A stretch of DNA of 64,000 nt, taken from the sequence record NC_042018.1; one strand, 5' to 3'. Shown here piece by piece: positions 35,869 to 48,000 of this stretch (its first letter is position 1; the number at the start of each line of letters is the position of its first letter). Below the pieces are notes generated by a model, which was given only the letters and a program-made list of their open reading frames with translations, was not told the DNA's origin and ran no database searches. The position numbers were made by a program, and so were the translations under genes.

Positions 35869-37110
35869 CTATGCCTCTTGTATGATACTTCGGATTTTTA
35901 ACAAATACCCCCGGTGAAGAACACTGGGGCGCTTACGATTGGTAAAGCCATGGTACAGTTGAGCACCGTTGCCTTCACCCGTCGTTTTATTGAGATACAG
36001 CCGGTTGACACCGAGGTCTATATCTAATAAACGTCGATTAATAATCTTGCGTGTGTAGTATTTTGGTAATAATCCGTTAGACACCATCAGAGGCAAATTT
36101 TGAGTCTCATGGGTGTGGAACGTAAACGGAAAGCGATATGTTTCCAGCGGCACCACTTCAACAGAGAGGTTGGGGTTATCCAACACAATCAAGAAACTAC
36201 TCGGGTCAGTCAGCAGGGTAGTAAAGAACATTTCAGTGAAGAAGAAATCCTTACCCACAACCTGCCGTTCGAGATCGATCACCGATGACAAATCGATGTA
36301 GTTCTTGCTGTCGAAGATGCGGCTAAACCAATCCACATAATCGATACGTATGGCGATGGAGTTTGCGCCCGTGACCTCAATGACGTCACTCATGTAAAGG
36401 CGGCCTCCGATACTCATCCACACGGTCTTGTCCGTTAACGGAGTTTGGGTCTTTAAATGTAAGAACCCGTAAGTGTCGTGATCTTCAAACTCAACCTGTT
36501 CCTCTTTAATGGGATAAGTGTTGAGCGTACTTATAGTGTTAAAGTTCAAACAGGTAACGTGAATGTTGTCGTACACCCGGAAATGTTTCCCGGCGTTTAA
36601 CAGAAACAAATCATTGTCTCTGGCGATGGCACGACACAGGTGACCGTTCACGGTCCACAGAGCACGTTCCTGCAGCGCTTGATAGTCGACCAAGGTATTG
36701 TCGGTCTTGCGCACACGAATGTCATTAGCACTGCTTGTGGTCAACGTATCTTGACGGTCGTCGCTGATACGAATGTCGCCAGGCAGCAAGCTAAACCACC
36801 GGTATTGAATGTCTTCACAGGTAACATACCGGTATTCATTACCTGGAAGGGTATTACTGGTTTTCAGGGGGACGTTAGCTTTGGTGTCTAACCACGCCTG
36901 AATGGTAAGTTCATTACTAATCAGCTCGTTACGGTAATCGTTCAGCAAATCGATGCTGACCTGCTGATTGTAAACCCCATCCAGCACCACAATAATGAGT
37001 TGGCGGAAGTGAATGGGAATGTTCTTTAGTGCGATGCGACTGATGTCCAGTAGCTGTTGTCCCTCGGGACCAGTGGAGTAGACTCCGACTGCGCGCTGGT
37101 AAGTGTACAT
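35869..37110 (-). CDS. Virion structural protein
   Basis: 413 aa, beta-rich, co-transcribed with the spanins and divergent from the tail-fibre cluster. Confidence 0.55.
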   Translation of the reverse strand: MYTYQRAVGVYSTGPEGQQLLDISRIALKNIPIHFRQLIIVVLDGVYNQQVSIDLLNDYRNELISNELTIQAWLDTKANVPLKTSNTLPGNEYRYVTCEDIQYRWFSLLPGDIRISDDRQDTLTTSSANDIRVRKTDNTLVDYQALQERALWTVNGHLCRAIARDNDLFLLNAGKHFRVYDNIHVTCLNFNTISTLNTYPIKEEQVEFEDHDTYGFLHLKTQTPLTDKTVWMSIGGRLYMSDVIEVTGANSIAIRIDYVDWFSRIFDSKNYIDLSSVIDLERQVVGKDFFFTEMFFTTLLTDPSSFLIVLDNPNLSVEVVPLETYRFPFTFHTHETQNLPLMVSNGLLPKYYTRKIINRRLLDIDLGVNRLYLNKTTGEGNGAQLYHGFTNRKRPSVLHRGYLLKIRSIIQEA

Positions 37111-37206
37111 ACTAGACCCTCTGTTGAATTTTATAGAGTTCTAAACTCAAGCTATAACATCTCTGGCCAGAGCTGTTTTTCCACTTCAAAGATATAGGTA
37201 AATGCC

Positions 37207-37944
37207 ATGGCACAACCAGCCTATCCCTGGAACCCGTTTCAGGATTTGATCGATTCAAACATTGCCGGGGAAATTATCAAGCCCGCCACTGAAAATAACC
37301 GCATGGAATTTGTGCCTCGTGCGGCACCGTTCTTTGCCAAAGACTTTAAGCTCTACAAACAGGGCAGCAACACCCCGCTGGTGTTTGGGCAGGACTACGT
37401 GTTTGCTCATCCGTTTGACGCCTTCATTGATACCTACAAGCGCAACGTGTTTGGCTCGGTGGTCTTGCTGAAGAAAGTCACCGGGGCACTGTACGCCGAC
37501 TACGGCACCATCGGTACGCCGTTTGTGCTGGATGACGTGGCGTTTGCAACCCTGGTTGCCAACATCATGAACAGTCCGCGTCAGGTAGATTGGTCTAACC
37601 TGTCCAATGTCCCGACGGAATTCCCGTCTGACCCCCATCCCCATCCGATGATGCAAACCTACGATTACTACGACATGATGGTCATGCTGCGTAGCTTAAT
37701 CAATGCCATCTCCTACACCAGTAATGGCCAGACCATTCAGGGTCTGTTGGAAGAGCATATCGGTAAGCGCCTGATTGAAGCCCACAAGGCAGACAACAGC
37801 GATCTGGGTATGGACCTGGTAGAGAACGCCGGGTTAGCATCGTCGGCTGATCTTAATGGCAACAGTGCCAACAGCATCATGACCGTGGCGACCTTTAAAG
37901 AAGGGCTGCGTAAGTTCTCTGCGGGTCAGTTGAATATCGACTAA
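37207..37944 (+). CDS. Tail-associated protein homologous to the N-terminal attachment module of the fibre paralogues
   Basis: VPRAAPFF...LV.GQDY...DWSNLSNVPTEFPSDPHPH..YDY aligns with the N-termini of the 37957 and 41521 proteins. Confidence 0.65.
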   Translation: MAQPAYPWNPFQDLIDSNIAGEIIKPATENNRMEFVPRAAPFFAKDFKLYKQGSNTPLVFGQDYVFAHPFDAFIDTYKRNVFGSVVLLKKVTGALYADYGTIGTPFVLDDVAFATLVANIMNSPRQVDWSNLSNVPTEFPSDPHPHPMMQTYDYYDMMVMLRSLINAISYTSNGQTIQGLLEEHIGKRLIEAHKADNSDLGMDLVENAGLASSADLNGNSANSIMTVATFKEGLRKFSAGQLNID

Positions 37945-37956
37945 TAGAGGTTGACC

Positions 37957-40900
37957 ATGAATTTCCCCATTGTACAACAATATAAGTTTGATATTGATGG
38001 GACCAACCCTGAGAACAAAATCACTGACGAACCCATCAAAACCCCAGCCGGTATTTGGAACCGCATTATTGTTCCGGTAAACGGTCCGTTCTTTGTTGAC
38101 ACCCTGGTGCTGACACTGCCTAACGGTAAACCGCTGGTCGAAGAGGTTGATTATCGCATCTTCCGTATGATGGGGAAACTGTCGGAGTTCTGTGCCAGGG
38201 ATGTGGCCTGCATCATTGAACTGATTAAGCCGGAAATTACGGACGTCCTTGCTACCTACCATACCGTAGGGGAAACCACTCTGTTTGACCGCAGCATGCT
38301 GCTGTTGATTATGGACGCCGTCAATGACGACCGTCCGGTGTGGTGGGAGAACGTCCTGAACAAACCGGTGGCTTTCCCGCCGACTCTGCACGGTCACAGT
38401 TTGATTTATGAAATGGTGGCCTTCCAGGACATGGTGTCGATGATCGACGAGTTGTTGGATTTCCTCAACGACGGTCACCGCGATTTGCTGGAACTCAAAA
38501 TCGACCACCTGAGCACGCTGATTGATTGGTACATCAGTCTGTATACCCAAACCCTGACGAAGTATCTGGAGCGTCATGAGGCGTCGTACAACGCCCATGG
38601 GTTAACAGCCGCACAGGCCGGTGCCGATTTAATCGATAACTTCCCAACGGCGACCTTAACCCAGTCGTTGCAGGGTGAACGATCTGACCTGGTGATTAAG
38701 CCAGCGGGACTAAAAGCACTGATGCAGGAATACGGTTACAACAGTGACTTCTTCCTGGAAACCAACATCATTCCGCTTTCCCGTTACGGTGCGCGTAGCT
38801 TTATCCCACCTTCTATTGATGGTAACTTCGAAGGCCTGGGAGCAGAAGTTGAAACCACCGGTATCTGTATGGAATCCGACGGGTCGCTGAGTATTTTGAG
38901 CAACCACTGGGATGGACGTACCGAAGGCTTGTACTTCAGTACCTGTCCAAACTATCAGGTAAAGGTGGAACGTATCTTCACCGGCTTTAAATACACGCAC
39001 CAGAAAATCATTGCCAACGGTCAGGAAGTCACCCGCGTTATTGGTGGCACTAACCATGAAGTAATTATGGTGGGGCGTCCAGGTACACCGAACTGGTTTG
39101 TGGGGTTAAGTAAAGGCACGTTGAACCCGTCGAAACATATTCTCTCTAAAGTGAATATGAAGCCGATTAACGATGCCATCGGTAACCCCAACGGTCAGAA
39201 CTACAACAGCCACGATAAGCTGTCTGTGCACCTCATGGGGAACTGGGTTTACTTTATCCAGACCTACAGTGGTCCGTTAGGTGAAAACGGCAGCAAGCGG
39301 CTTTTCCGGGTTCCTCGTGCATCGGTAGAAGCAGGTCTTGATGTAACGCCTACATCGATTAAGATTACGTACAAGAACTGGGACGGTAAACAGTACAACA
39401 GCGTCGATGAGTTCATCTGGGGTTCTCCAACGTTCGACAGTAACAATGCCGCAACGCGTTACCTGTTTAACTTTAACCCGGCTGTTCCGACCGCCACTAC
39501 CGGTGGACTGTACCGTGCTGCAGTTACCCTTTCCTGTGCCATTCCGAACAAAGCCAACGCCTATGTGCTGAAGTTCATGAGTCACTTCTGGATTCCGTAC
39601 ATCGCTGGCAACGTCTCCACCGCCATCGATTGCTCTCCAGAGCTGGTATACGAATTTAACCCAGACACCGGGGTAATGACGTTAATCAGTAAGAGCGATG
39701 AACCCGGTGTTGTGGACATGACGAAAGGCAACGTTTCAGTTAACACCCTTAACGAAAACTCCAACGGGTTAATCGTTGCTAACTGGTCTCGTCAGGCTGC
39801 AGTGGTGTTGCCCAATGGTGATGTGGTGTTTGGGGGGAGTTCACTTTATTCGTACCCGCACTACCTCTACATTTACAAAACCGGCCAACGTACACCGTAT
39901 GAAACCATGAAGCTATGGTGGTCACGTCGTAACTTCCCGGCATCGGGATATGCAAGTGCGACTGAAATACCGGTGTCACCTATTGTGAGCGGCATTCAGC
40001 AGATTGGGGTGACGTACGACAATGAAGGTGAGTTCTACACAGCCTATCCGCAAAACGCATTGAATACCAAGTACCTGTACCACCGTACGGTTACCGGTGA
40101 CTATGCCAAACGCGAAGGGGTCAACAACCTGATCTATCCGAACTATTACTCTCGTCCAGTGGGTGGTGTGGTTAAACGGATCATGGCGATGTGTAACACT
40201 CCCCGTATCAATATCACTGGTACGGCTACCCAAATTTCCAAATACGGATTAAACCTGGGATGGACTGGATTTGGTATGGGTCCTGAGGAACGTTTCTGGC
40301 GCCGTACGCAGAACTCGAACTGGACACCGGGAACAAACGATAATGATATCATGCTGGTCACGGCACACAACAAGCGTGACAACGGCGACGGTACCATATC
40401 GTTGATTCCAACCAAACAGGTGCTCTGGCCTGCGGCCATTGTCAATCAGTTAAAGAACCTGATTCCTGCAGCGTACCGCAGCTCTCCGGATATCGCAGTC
40501 AGTATCATTGACTTCAGTGATGGTCCGGAAGGTAAGTTCGGCAGCTTCCCGGCAATCGTCCAGATTTATTATGTGGACGTTTCTCGTGCTATGGCACGTC
40601 AGATGTTCTTAACCGTTCGTCCGACGTACAGTGCGCCGTCAGGGATTCGCCGTACGGTAACAGGTTACACCATTCTGGGGTCATTGGACGTTGACGTCAT
40701 GGGCAGCCAAACCGACGTCTCAACGTGGCAACCGTATTTTGTGGGTGGGGTAAACGGTAGTGTAGCGAAAGCCGATATCTACCTGAATGATGACGGCACC
40801 ATGGAAGTGGACATTTGTTCAGGGGTCGCGTCACAGCATGCTGGTAACAACAGTATGGCGTGTGCACGTTTCACCATTAACAAGTCCACGGGTCAGTTGG

Positions 40901-41457
40901 TTGGCGGTATTCCGTATAACTATCAGGAAGCTATGCAGTCTGGTCGTCATGCGGTACCGAAGGTTGGGATTGGACAGAACGTGTTCTGGGGAACCGGCAG
41001 TGGCGGGTCTGCGTTGATTAACGGTGCAGGCGGTAACTACTACATGCTGGCATCATGTTATCCAGAATCCGGATGGGTGGTCTACTTCCAGAAAGCTCAG
41101 GAAGTGGTGTTTAACGGCACGTCGTATACTCTGCCGCAAGGTACCATTGACTTGCGTGATATTGAGCCGAGCCCTGGGAATAAAACTTTCTACCTTTACT
41201 GTGAGGTGAAAGAGAACAAGGCCGCGTATCAAATCAGTACGCAGAAGCTGGAAGACACACCGTTCCACATGTGGATTGGTATTATCCGTACCAACGAGAA
41301 ACAAATCCTCACCATTGATCGTTTCAACGTCTTTACCTTGAACGGTCAGCGTGTGTCGGAGACACGTCGTGGTTCTGCACTGCCAGCCTCTTCTGGTGCA
41401 ATTAACAGTCTGGGTCAGATTCCGTGGCTGAAACCTTCTGAGATTATTCAGGGTTAA
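37957..41457 (+). CDS. Tail fibre / receptor-binding-like virion protein (paralogue 1)
   Basis: About 1166 aa. The N-module VPVNGPFF, FIPPSIDGNFEGLG, and the C-terminal IDLRDIEPSPGNKTFYLY are shared with the 41521 protein. Confidence 0.7.
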   Translation: MNFPIVQQYKFDIDGTNPENKITDEPIKTPAGIWNRIIVPVNGPFFVDTLVLTLPNGKPLVEEVDYRIFRMMGKLSEFCARDVACIIELIKPEITDVLATYHTVGETTLFDRSMLLLIMDAVNDDRPVWWENVLNKPVAFPPTLHGHSLIYEMVAFQDMVSMIDELLDFLNDGHRDLLELKIDHLSTLIDWYISLYTQTLTKYLERHEASYNAHGLTAAQAGADLIDNFPTATLTQSLQGERSDLVIKPAGLKALMQEYGYNSDFFLETNIIPLSRYGARSFIPPSIDGNFEGLGAEVETTGICMESDGSLSILSNHWDGRTEGLYFSTCPNYQVKVERIFTGFKYTHQKIIANGQEVTRVIGGTNHEVIMVGRPGTPNWFVGLSKGTLNPSKHILSKVNMKPINDAIGNPNGQNYNSHDKLSVHLMGNWVYFIQTYSGPLGENGSKRLFRVPRASVEAGLDVTPTSIKITYKNWDGKQYNSVDEFIWGSPTFDSNNAATRYLFNFNPAVPTATTGGLYRAAVTLSCAIPNKANAYVLKFMSHFWIPYIAGNVSTAIDCSPELVYEFNPDTGVMTLISKSDEPGVVDMTKGNVSVNTLNENSNGLIVANWSRQAAVVLPNGDVVFGGSSLYSYPHYLYIYKTGQRTPYETMKLWWSRRNFPASGYASATEIPVSPIVSGIQQIGVTYDNEGEFYTAYPQNALNTKYLYHRTVTGDYAKREGVNNLIYPNYYSRPVGGVVKRIMAMCNTPRINITGTATQISKYGLNLGWTGFGMGPEERFWRRTQNSNWTPGTNDNDIMLVTAHNKRDNGDGTISLIPTKQVLWPAAIVNQLKNLIPAAYRSSPDIAVSIIDFSDGPEGKFGSFPAIVQIYYVDVSRAMARQMFLTVRPTYSAPSGIRRTVTGYTILGSLDVDVMGSQTDVSTWQPYFVGGVNGSVAKADIYLNDDGTMEVDICSGVASQHAGNNSMACARFTINKSTGQLVGGIPYNYQEAMQSGRHAVPKVGIGQNVFWGTGSGGSALINGAGGNYYMLASCYPESGWVVYFQKAQEVVFNGTSYTLPQGTIDLRDIEPSPGNKTFYLYCEVKENKAAYQISTQKLEDTPFHMWIGIIRTNEKQILTIDRFNVFTLNGQRVSETRRGSALPASSGAINSLGQIPWLKPSEIIQG

Positions 41458-41471
41458 TGTTCACTAATTAA

Positions 41472-41500
41472 AGTCCGGGGGAGGTCACCCTCCCCTGGCT
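41472..41500 (+). terminator. Hairpin/terminator between fibre genes
   Basis: AGTCCGGGGGAGG-TCAC-CCTCCCCTGGCT followed by TTCT. Confidence 0.55.
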
Positions 41501-41520
41501 TTCTAAAAGAGAATAAAGAG

Positions 41521-44500
41521 ATGGATGATTTACGTGTCCTCGATTTCGACGTTTTGGGAACGAATCCTAAAAACTATATCCGAGACGAGACGATACCGTT
41601 AACGGACAAAACCTGCCCTTGGGTAATTCCTAACGGTGCGCCGTTCTTCGGAACTGATGTAGAGCTGTATGACGAACGTGGTGCTTTGATCCCACCTCGT
41701 TTATACTCTTTTGTGGCTGACTTTATCCCGTTCTCTGAACTCACTGGCAAAGCCGTTTGGTCTTTTATTGAACTGGACGAATCGATTCGCGAGAAGAATG
41801 CCTTTATTACGGTAAACTACCGCAGCATCGGGGCGTACTTTGTTCCGCGTAACCAGTTGGAAGATTGGTTAGAGAAAATCAAAACGGGGATTATCCCGGT
41901 GGGTTGGGAGAAGGTCTACGGTCTGCCGTTAACCTATAACCCAAGCTGGCACATTCACAGCGCCATCACAGAAATCGGTGACTGGTATGAGCTGACCTGG
42001 TTCTTTGAAGCATTAACCAACATCCGGTTAACTCGTGACCCACAGCTGGACATCAACATCAATTCGGTGGTGGACACAGCGTATAAGGACATGTTGCGAA
42101 TCAAGGACGCACAGCTTCAACGGCTGGTTGACCACGATCACAATTACCATGACCCGCACGGTACCGATAAGTCACACCTGCAACTGGGTAACCGTGACAA
42201 CTATCGGGTGGCGACCGCAGCGGAAGAAGCCGAAGGTAAACGCAACGATGTGCTGAGTACCCCACGTGGTGCACGCCTCAAAATCCAATCATTGATTCCG
42301 GATACTGAGAAGCTGATGCAGAACGGGGTATTGCCTATCAGTCTGCTGGGTGGGGGTGACTTTATCCCTCCAACGATTGACGGGTCCTTTGAGGGCATCG
42401 GAAGTGACAGCGAGTCCACTGGGTTCTGTTTAGAGAACAACGGCCGTCTGATGTTGTTAACACGCCATTTCGATGGTCGTAACGCCGGACTGTTCTTCTC
42501 GTTCGTGGATAACTACAAAGCCAACCCTAACGCCAACACCATCATCTTTACCGGGTACAAATATGCTAACCAGTATATCTCGGCAGATGGTGTGGAAGCC
42601 GACTGCATTATTGCGGGAAGTAACCACAAGGTCTTGATGGTCGGTAAAAAGGGAACAGCGAACTGGTATCTGTGCTTAACCAATGGCACGTTTAACCCGG
42701 CATCGCATTCCTTTATTAAGGTTGACATGACCAACGTCAACCTGAAGGCGTTTAATTCCCCGAACAACCCGACTTATTATAACGATGCTTTGGCTAACGT
42801 TCACAGAATTGGGGATTGGATTTATCTGATTCAAAGCACAGGCATTAACGGGAACGGGCCGAGTGGGTCGCAGTACTTCTTCCGTATCCGTGTGTCGGAT
42901 GTATTGGCGGGTAACAATGCCAGCTGGGAACACGTTAAGCTCACCTACATTGATTATGACGGTGTGCAGCGTGTGAGCTTTGATTATTATCAGATGCTGA
43001 CTCAGCAAACCAACGCCCAGGGAAAAATTACCAAAGCCGGGTATTACTACAACCCACCCATGGACACGTACAGCGGGTTCTACCGTAAGTTTGTGTCCTA
43101 TAGTGGTGAACACCCCACGGACAAGAACCGCGCCAGTCTCCACATGATTGGCCACACCTACCTGACGGTGCGTCTGAATAACAATACCTACACCACGGGT
43201 CCGGATGTGGACATGGCGTATGACTTTAACCCGAATACCGGCAACATGGTACTTCAGGATAAAGCGCCGCTGTGCACCATTGACGAAAACAACGTGGTGC
43301 GTGACATGAACGGTAAGGTCATGGGAAGTCCGTGTCCTTTCGGTTCCGACATGACCTTCAGCTCCGGTAACTCTGCGTCTGTGGTATTGCCAAATGGTGA
43401 TTCACTGAACTCCAACGGTCCGGACTCGGCGAAAACGTACCCGCGTAACTTTGTGGTGATGACGTCGCCTACCCTTACCAATGAGTGGGAAATGACGCGG
43501 CGTTCGTTGTACGCAATTGGGAACTTGGCGGCGACCTTCCGTTATCGTCAGCATTCCGTTATTGCGGGTCCGTTAAAGAACAACGTTTACCCAGGCTGTA
43601 TTTGTTATGCTTCTGACGGTGAGGTCTTTACCGCCCTGAACCAGAACGATAACAGTCGTGGAATGTTCTTTAAGAAAGTCACGGGTCCGTATCAGCTGCG
43701 CGACGAAGTCAAGATGAAAAACTATCCGAACGCGGTTTCTCGTCCTCTGACCAACGAAGTGTATAAAGCAAACCTGCCGCCAATGCAGACCAACATCAAC
43801 ATGACCGGCACGGCTGCTCAACTCAGTTCTGCGGGACGTGAGATGGGTGACCATGGGATGAGCGTGGCGAAGTTCATTAACGTAACGTTGCCAGGGAATG
43901 ACGGGAAGTTTAACGGTAGCTTTGACGGCATTGAAATGTGTTGGCCGAAGACCTTTAGCCGTAAACTGAATCAGGACCTCACCGCAGATTATGCCGTGAC
44001 CCGCTATTACGGTATTCGTCCGGCAACCCTACAGTCGTTGTACAACAACAACACACCTGGGGCCATTGGTGACAAAGCGTGCAGTATCGCAATGTTCCCT
44101 GCCGAGAACGGTCCGATGTTTAATGGTATTGCCATTGGCATGATGGCGTTTGTGTACTACGTCGGTAACTCCACGCTTCGTGTTCGTTTGGTGACCTTTA
44201 AAGCCACCATTGAAGCTGCGAACGCTGCACATCCTAACGTTGACCTGATTACCAATTTCCAGGTACTGGCTACGCAGGACGGTATCGGTAAAGAGTCCGT
44301 TCTTGATAGCAGCTGGGGGATCGGTATCCAGTATGGTACCATGGTTCCTACGTTACAGTGTTATCGTAATGGTAACTCAATGGACTTCTACTGGTATATT
44401 GGTTTCCAGTTTCTGGTTGCAGGTAATACCAACATTGCATGTTGTTCAGGGACAGTTAACCTGACGTCGGGTGCTATCAGCAATTACGAGCCGGCTACCG

Positions 44501-45039
44501 CTAACTGGTTACCGGACGGCAGTACCCAACAGGCCGTACCAAACGTTGGATTGTGTTTAAACGTATTTGTAGGAAACGGCAGCAGCCCAAGCGCACAGGT
44601 AGCACAAACTGTGGATGGAAGTCGCACCTTCGTATTGGCCTCGACCTATCCGTCTCCGTTGTGGTCGGTGTTTTTTAAAGAAGGGACCCGCGCACTGATT
44701 AACGGCACGAAGTACATGTTGCCAATTGGGGTTGTGGACCTGCGAGACATTGACCCATCACCTGCCAACAAAACGTTCTACATTTATGTGGGGGTAGATG
44801 AGAACGGAGCGAAATACTTGATTACCAAAAACCGCCTACGCCACAACAACTTCTTGTTGCCGGCTGCTACCGTGGTGTGTGGTGAGAAACAGGTGATTCG
44901 TATTGATACCCGTCAGCCGTTCTTGATTGGGGATTACATCCTGACGTCAGACCGTGAAGGCGGAACCATTCCTGTGTCTACTGGTCTGCCAATGGATGAA
45001 GGTAGCTTCCGTTATATCTACAACTCGGACCTGATTTAA
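41521..45039 (+). CDS. Tail fibre / receptor-binding-like virion protein (paralogue 2)
   Basis: 1172 aa, collinear with the 37957 protein (IPNGAPFF, FIPPTIDGSFEGIG, VDLRDIDPSPANKTFYIY). Confidence 0.7.
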   Translation: MDDLRVLDFDVLGTNPKNYIRDETIPLTDKTCPWVIPNGAPFFGTDVELYDERGALIPPRLYSFVADFIPFSELTGKAVWSFIELDESIREKNAFITVNYRSIGAYFVPRNQLEDWLEKIKTGIIPVGWEKVYGLPLTYNPSWHIHSAITEIGDWYELTWFFEALTNIRLTRDPQLDININSVVDTAYKDMLRIKDAQLQRLVDHDHNYHDPHGTDKSHLQLGNRDNYRVATAAEEAEGKRNDVLSTPRGARLKIQSLIPDTEKLMQNGVLPISLLGGGDFIPPTIDGSFEGIGSDSESTGFCLENNGRLMLLTRHFDGRNAGLFFSFVDNYKANPNANTIIFTGYKYANQYISADGVEADCIIAGSNHKVLMVGKKGTANWYLCLTNGTFNPASHSFIKVDMTNVNLKAFNSPNNPTYYNDALANVHRIGDWIYLIQSTGINGNGPSGSQYFFRIRVSDVLAGNNASWEHVKLTYIDYDGVQRVSFDYYQMLTQQTNAQGKITKAGYYYNPPMDTYSGFYRKFVSYSGEHPTDKNRASLHMIGHTYLTVRLNNNTYTTGPDVDMAYDFNPNTGNMVLQDKAPLCTIDENNVVRDMNGKVMGSPCPFGSDMTFSSGNSASVVLPNGDSLNSNGPDSAKTYPRNFVVMTSPTLTNEWEMTRRSLYAIGNLAATFRYRQHSVIAGPLKNNVYPGCICYASDGEVFTALNQNDNSRGMFFKKVTGPYQLRDEVKMKNYPNAVSRPLTNEVYKANLPPMQTNINMTGTAAQLSSAGREMGDHGMSVAKFINVTLPGNDGKFNGSFDGIEMCWPKTFSRKLNQDLTADYAVTRYYGIRPATLQSLYNNNTPGAIGDKACSIAMFPAENGPMFNGIAIGMMAFVYYVGNSTLRVRLVTFKATIEAANAAHPNVDLITNFQVLATQDGIGKESVLDSSWGIGIQYGTMVPTLQCYRNGNSMDFYWYIGFQFLVAGNTNIACCSGTVNLTSGAISNYEPATANWLPDGSTQQAVPNVGLCLNVFVGNGSSPSAQVAQTVDGSRTFVLASTYPSPLWSVFFKEGTRALINGTKYMLPIGVVDLRDIDPSPANKTFYIYVGVDENGAKYLITKNRLRHNNFLLPAATVVCGEKQVIRIDTRQPFLIGDYILTSDREGGTIPVSTGLPMDEGSFRYIYNSDLI

Positions 45040-45046
45040 CTTTTAT

Positions 45047-45067
45047 GGCCCACGCAGTCAGTGGGCC
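45047..45067 (+). terminator. Short hairpin between fibre genes
   Basis: GGCCCAC-GCAGTCA-GTGGGCC followed by TGTTT, just upstream of the next RBS. Confidence 0.4.
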
Positions 45068-45087
45068 TGTTTCATGAGGAGTTACGC

Positions 45088-48000
45088 GTGATTATTATCG
45101 AGCGTTGGAAAGAACCTCCCGTTCTCGACACCCCCGAGCCGAAGTTTGGTGAGGTGATACGCAGCCTTAACGATTTGTTGTTTTTAGCCGAACAGCAAAC
45201 CCAACAGTTTAATGCCAGCACCACCGCTAAGCTCGACACCATTAAAACCAAACTGACCCGTTTCAGTGTGGACCTGCCTGCACGTATTGATGTTCACTTG
45301 AACGGTAAAGGTGCGATGCACGGTGAAACCAGAAACACCATCGGGTTAAGTAAAGTCGACAACTTCCGTACGGCGACGCTGACAGAACAACGTGACATGG
45401 TCGATGTGGATGCCCTGTGTACTCCAGCCGGTGTGCAGGCCGCTGTAGACAAGAACAACTCGTTCCGTCAAGAAGACTACCAAAAGAACGACCTGTTCCC
45501 ATTTGGCAGTATTCATACCCCTGACCTGTACCCGCGTGTTTCCACCAACTGGAAGAACGTACCTTACTTCCAAAACGATTACTGTACGTTGGGTTATCAA
45601 AACGACCGTGTCATTGTTTCCCCTAAACAAGACGCCAGCAAATACAGTGGGTTCACTGGCTTTGTATCGGACTCCTTGCAAGCAGCCTCGATGATGTTGC
45701 TGAACGAGCAGTCGGATATGGCGATGAGTTACCTGGGTGAAGGATGGGGGATGCGTGGAGCTCAGACGTCGGATAACAAGGTTGCTGTGTTTCGTCCGCT
45801 GGCTAACCTGAAAAAATTCAACTACCCCAGCCAGATGAACCTGCCGGGCAGTAAAGCCTACATCCTGTGGGATGAATACATCACCGATTTGGTGCAAGGC
45901 TTTGCGGTGAGTGTGGATGTGTCCGGTAGCACGATCTCTGTGTACCATGACGTGTTTAAAGCACTCAACCCTACCACTGACCCTACGTTAACTTCCGCGG
46001 TCTCCTTGGGGGTCTTAACGTCCTTAACGTGGATTGGTGGGTTGGACTTGGTGCCGGTACGCGGTAGCCACGCCTACAACCTGTACAACTTCATTGATGC
46101 GGACCCAGGTGTTACCATTGCGGTAAACCCAGCGGCACGTATTAAAGTCAGCCCGACCTTAATCTGGGCAGTGCAGGACAAAGAGATTTACGTCCATATT
46201 GCCGTGCCGGTTATTGTCGCAGCTAACGGTAAATCCAAAGAGTATGTTCTGCGGTTTACGGAAAGCTGGAACGTGGCAGGGATTAACAACGGGTCGCAAA
46301 TCTCGACTACACAGTTAGGGGTCTTAACCAAAGACTACGTTAACGCCAATCTGGAAATCCGTGACACGCCCAAATGGATGATGCCCTGCGACTGGACTGA
46401 CGCACTTAACCCTGTAGGGTTACCGGGTGTCTTCCTGAAGTCCGGGTACGTTATTCAGGCGCGTTCAACGAAGTACGGGATTAAGGTCAAGTACTCGACC
46501 ACGCCACTGAAATCCAGTCTGGAGTGGATTAACGGTTACAAGACCGCGAAGAAACCGTCGTCTGCAGTAACCCGTACCTTCTCTCCGGGTCGTTACCTGT
46601 CCTTTGGGGAAATCCCAGAACGTATCCTGCCAATGGATGTGTCTAACGGGGTTACTCGTTACCTGTCCTATCAGGACATTAACAAGAAGCATGGTTACGG
46701 TTGGACAGAACACACCTGGTTCAACGACAAGGTGATGAAAGCAGGCAGTCCGGTGAACACCCACAGTGCGTTGTCTCCGGATAACTCCATTGTGTACGAG
46801 TTCAGTAATGACTTCAACAAATCCCTGGTAATCAAAGCCGGTAAAAATGGCGGGATTGCGACCAGTGGCATGGCCTTTACCTTCGCCAATGATTTTGTTG
46901 GCAAAGACGGGTTCAGCTACCAGAGCGGGATTGTGAAACCAGGAGTTGACGTGGCATTGGGTAAACCCATTATCGCGGCAATGCAGACCCATGGCCTGAA
47001 GATACTGAAACGCGCTGCAGCGCAATACGGTACCGGTTACGATGCGCGTAAATCTGAGCTGACTAACCAGGTCTACTGTTTCGACAACAGCAAAATCCTC
47101 GTGATTATCAGCGACGGTCTTGCTTACGCCGAAGCCGGCCTCTTTACCTACCGTATTGAAAACGGGGTATTGAACGCAGAGATTCCATTAACGGATGACC
47201 AGTTCTTCCGTATTACCGACAGCACCAAGCGACCGAGTTTGTTAAGTCGTACCAGTGCTACCGGTGATGGGGTCAACCACCTGTTTGCGGACCTGCTCAT
47301 TTATCAGGAAGATGATGACACGTTCCATGTCGGTGTACCGCGTGCCTTCGGTCATGTGTTTGGTGACCTGACGTTCTCTATCACCAACTACCGTACCAAA
47401 CCGGCCTTCACACCTCGTATCACGAACCCAGCGCGTCTGTACAGCAATGATTCGCCGATTGATGTGGTGGAAGAGCTCTATCCTCAAGTACTGGCTACGA
47501 CCTTTGGTCTGTTTGCTTTCCAACCGAGCATCACGTCAGCAGTACAAACGCGTCTGCAGCAAGCGGGTGGGTCGTTTACTATGGATCCTTATCTGCCTCC
47601 AGATGCGTATTACTGTATCGTGCCGAGCGGGACCCGTTGTATCCTGGGGGGTCGTTCAGTCACTCTGGAACGCAGCTACTACCTGCCGTTTGATGGTACC
47701 GACAACACGCACTTCTATCTGACCCGTAACGGTGACGATGTGCTGTTGGAGAAATCCATTGGACTCATGGAACCGAGTAACAGTTCGGTGTTGTACGCTT
47801 ACTACCATCCTGGTGAGCTGACCATTGTACCGTCGTATATCGTGTTGGATGACCATGTGCTAAGTTATGCTCGTCGTGGTTCGGCTATCCCGGTAACGTT
47901 GGATACCGGCACGGCAATCGGTAGCAACGTGTTCTTCCGTCGTGGTGATGTTAACTACGTGGATGTCCCGGTTGCACAGTTCGAGCTGTTAGCGGACTAC

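Noticed and set aside
37957-45039. Diversity-generating retroelement acting on the fibre genes
   Set aside because: There is no reverse transcriptase in the window. The fibre similarity is at protein level with synonymous divergence, not a near-identical TR/VR pair differing at adenines.
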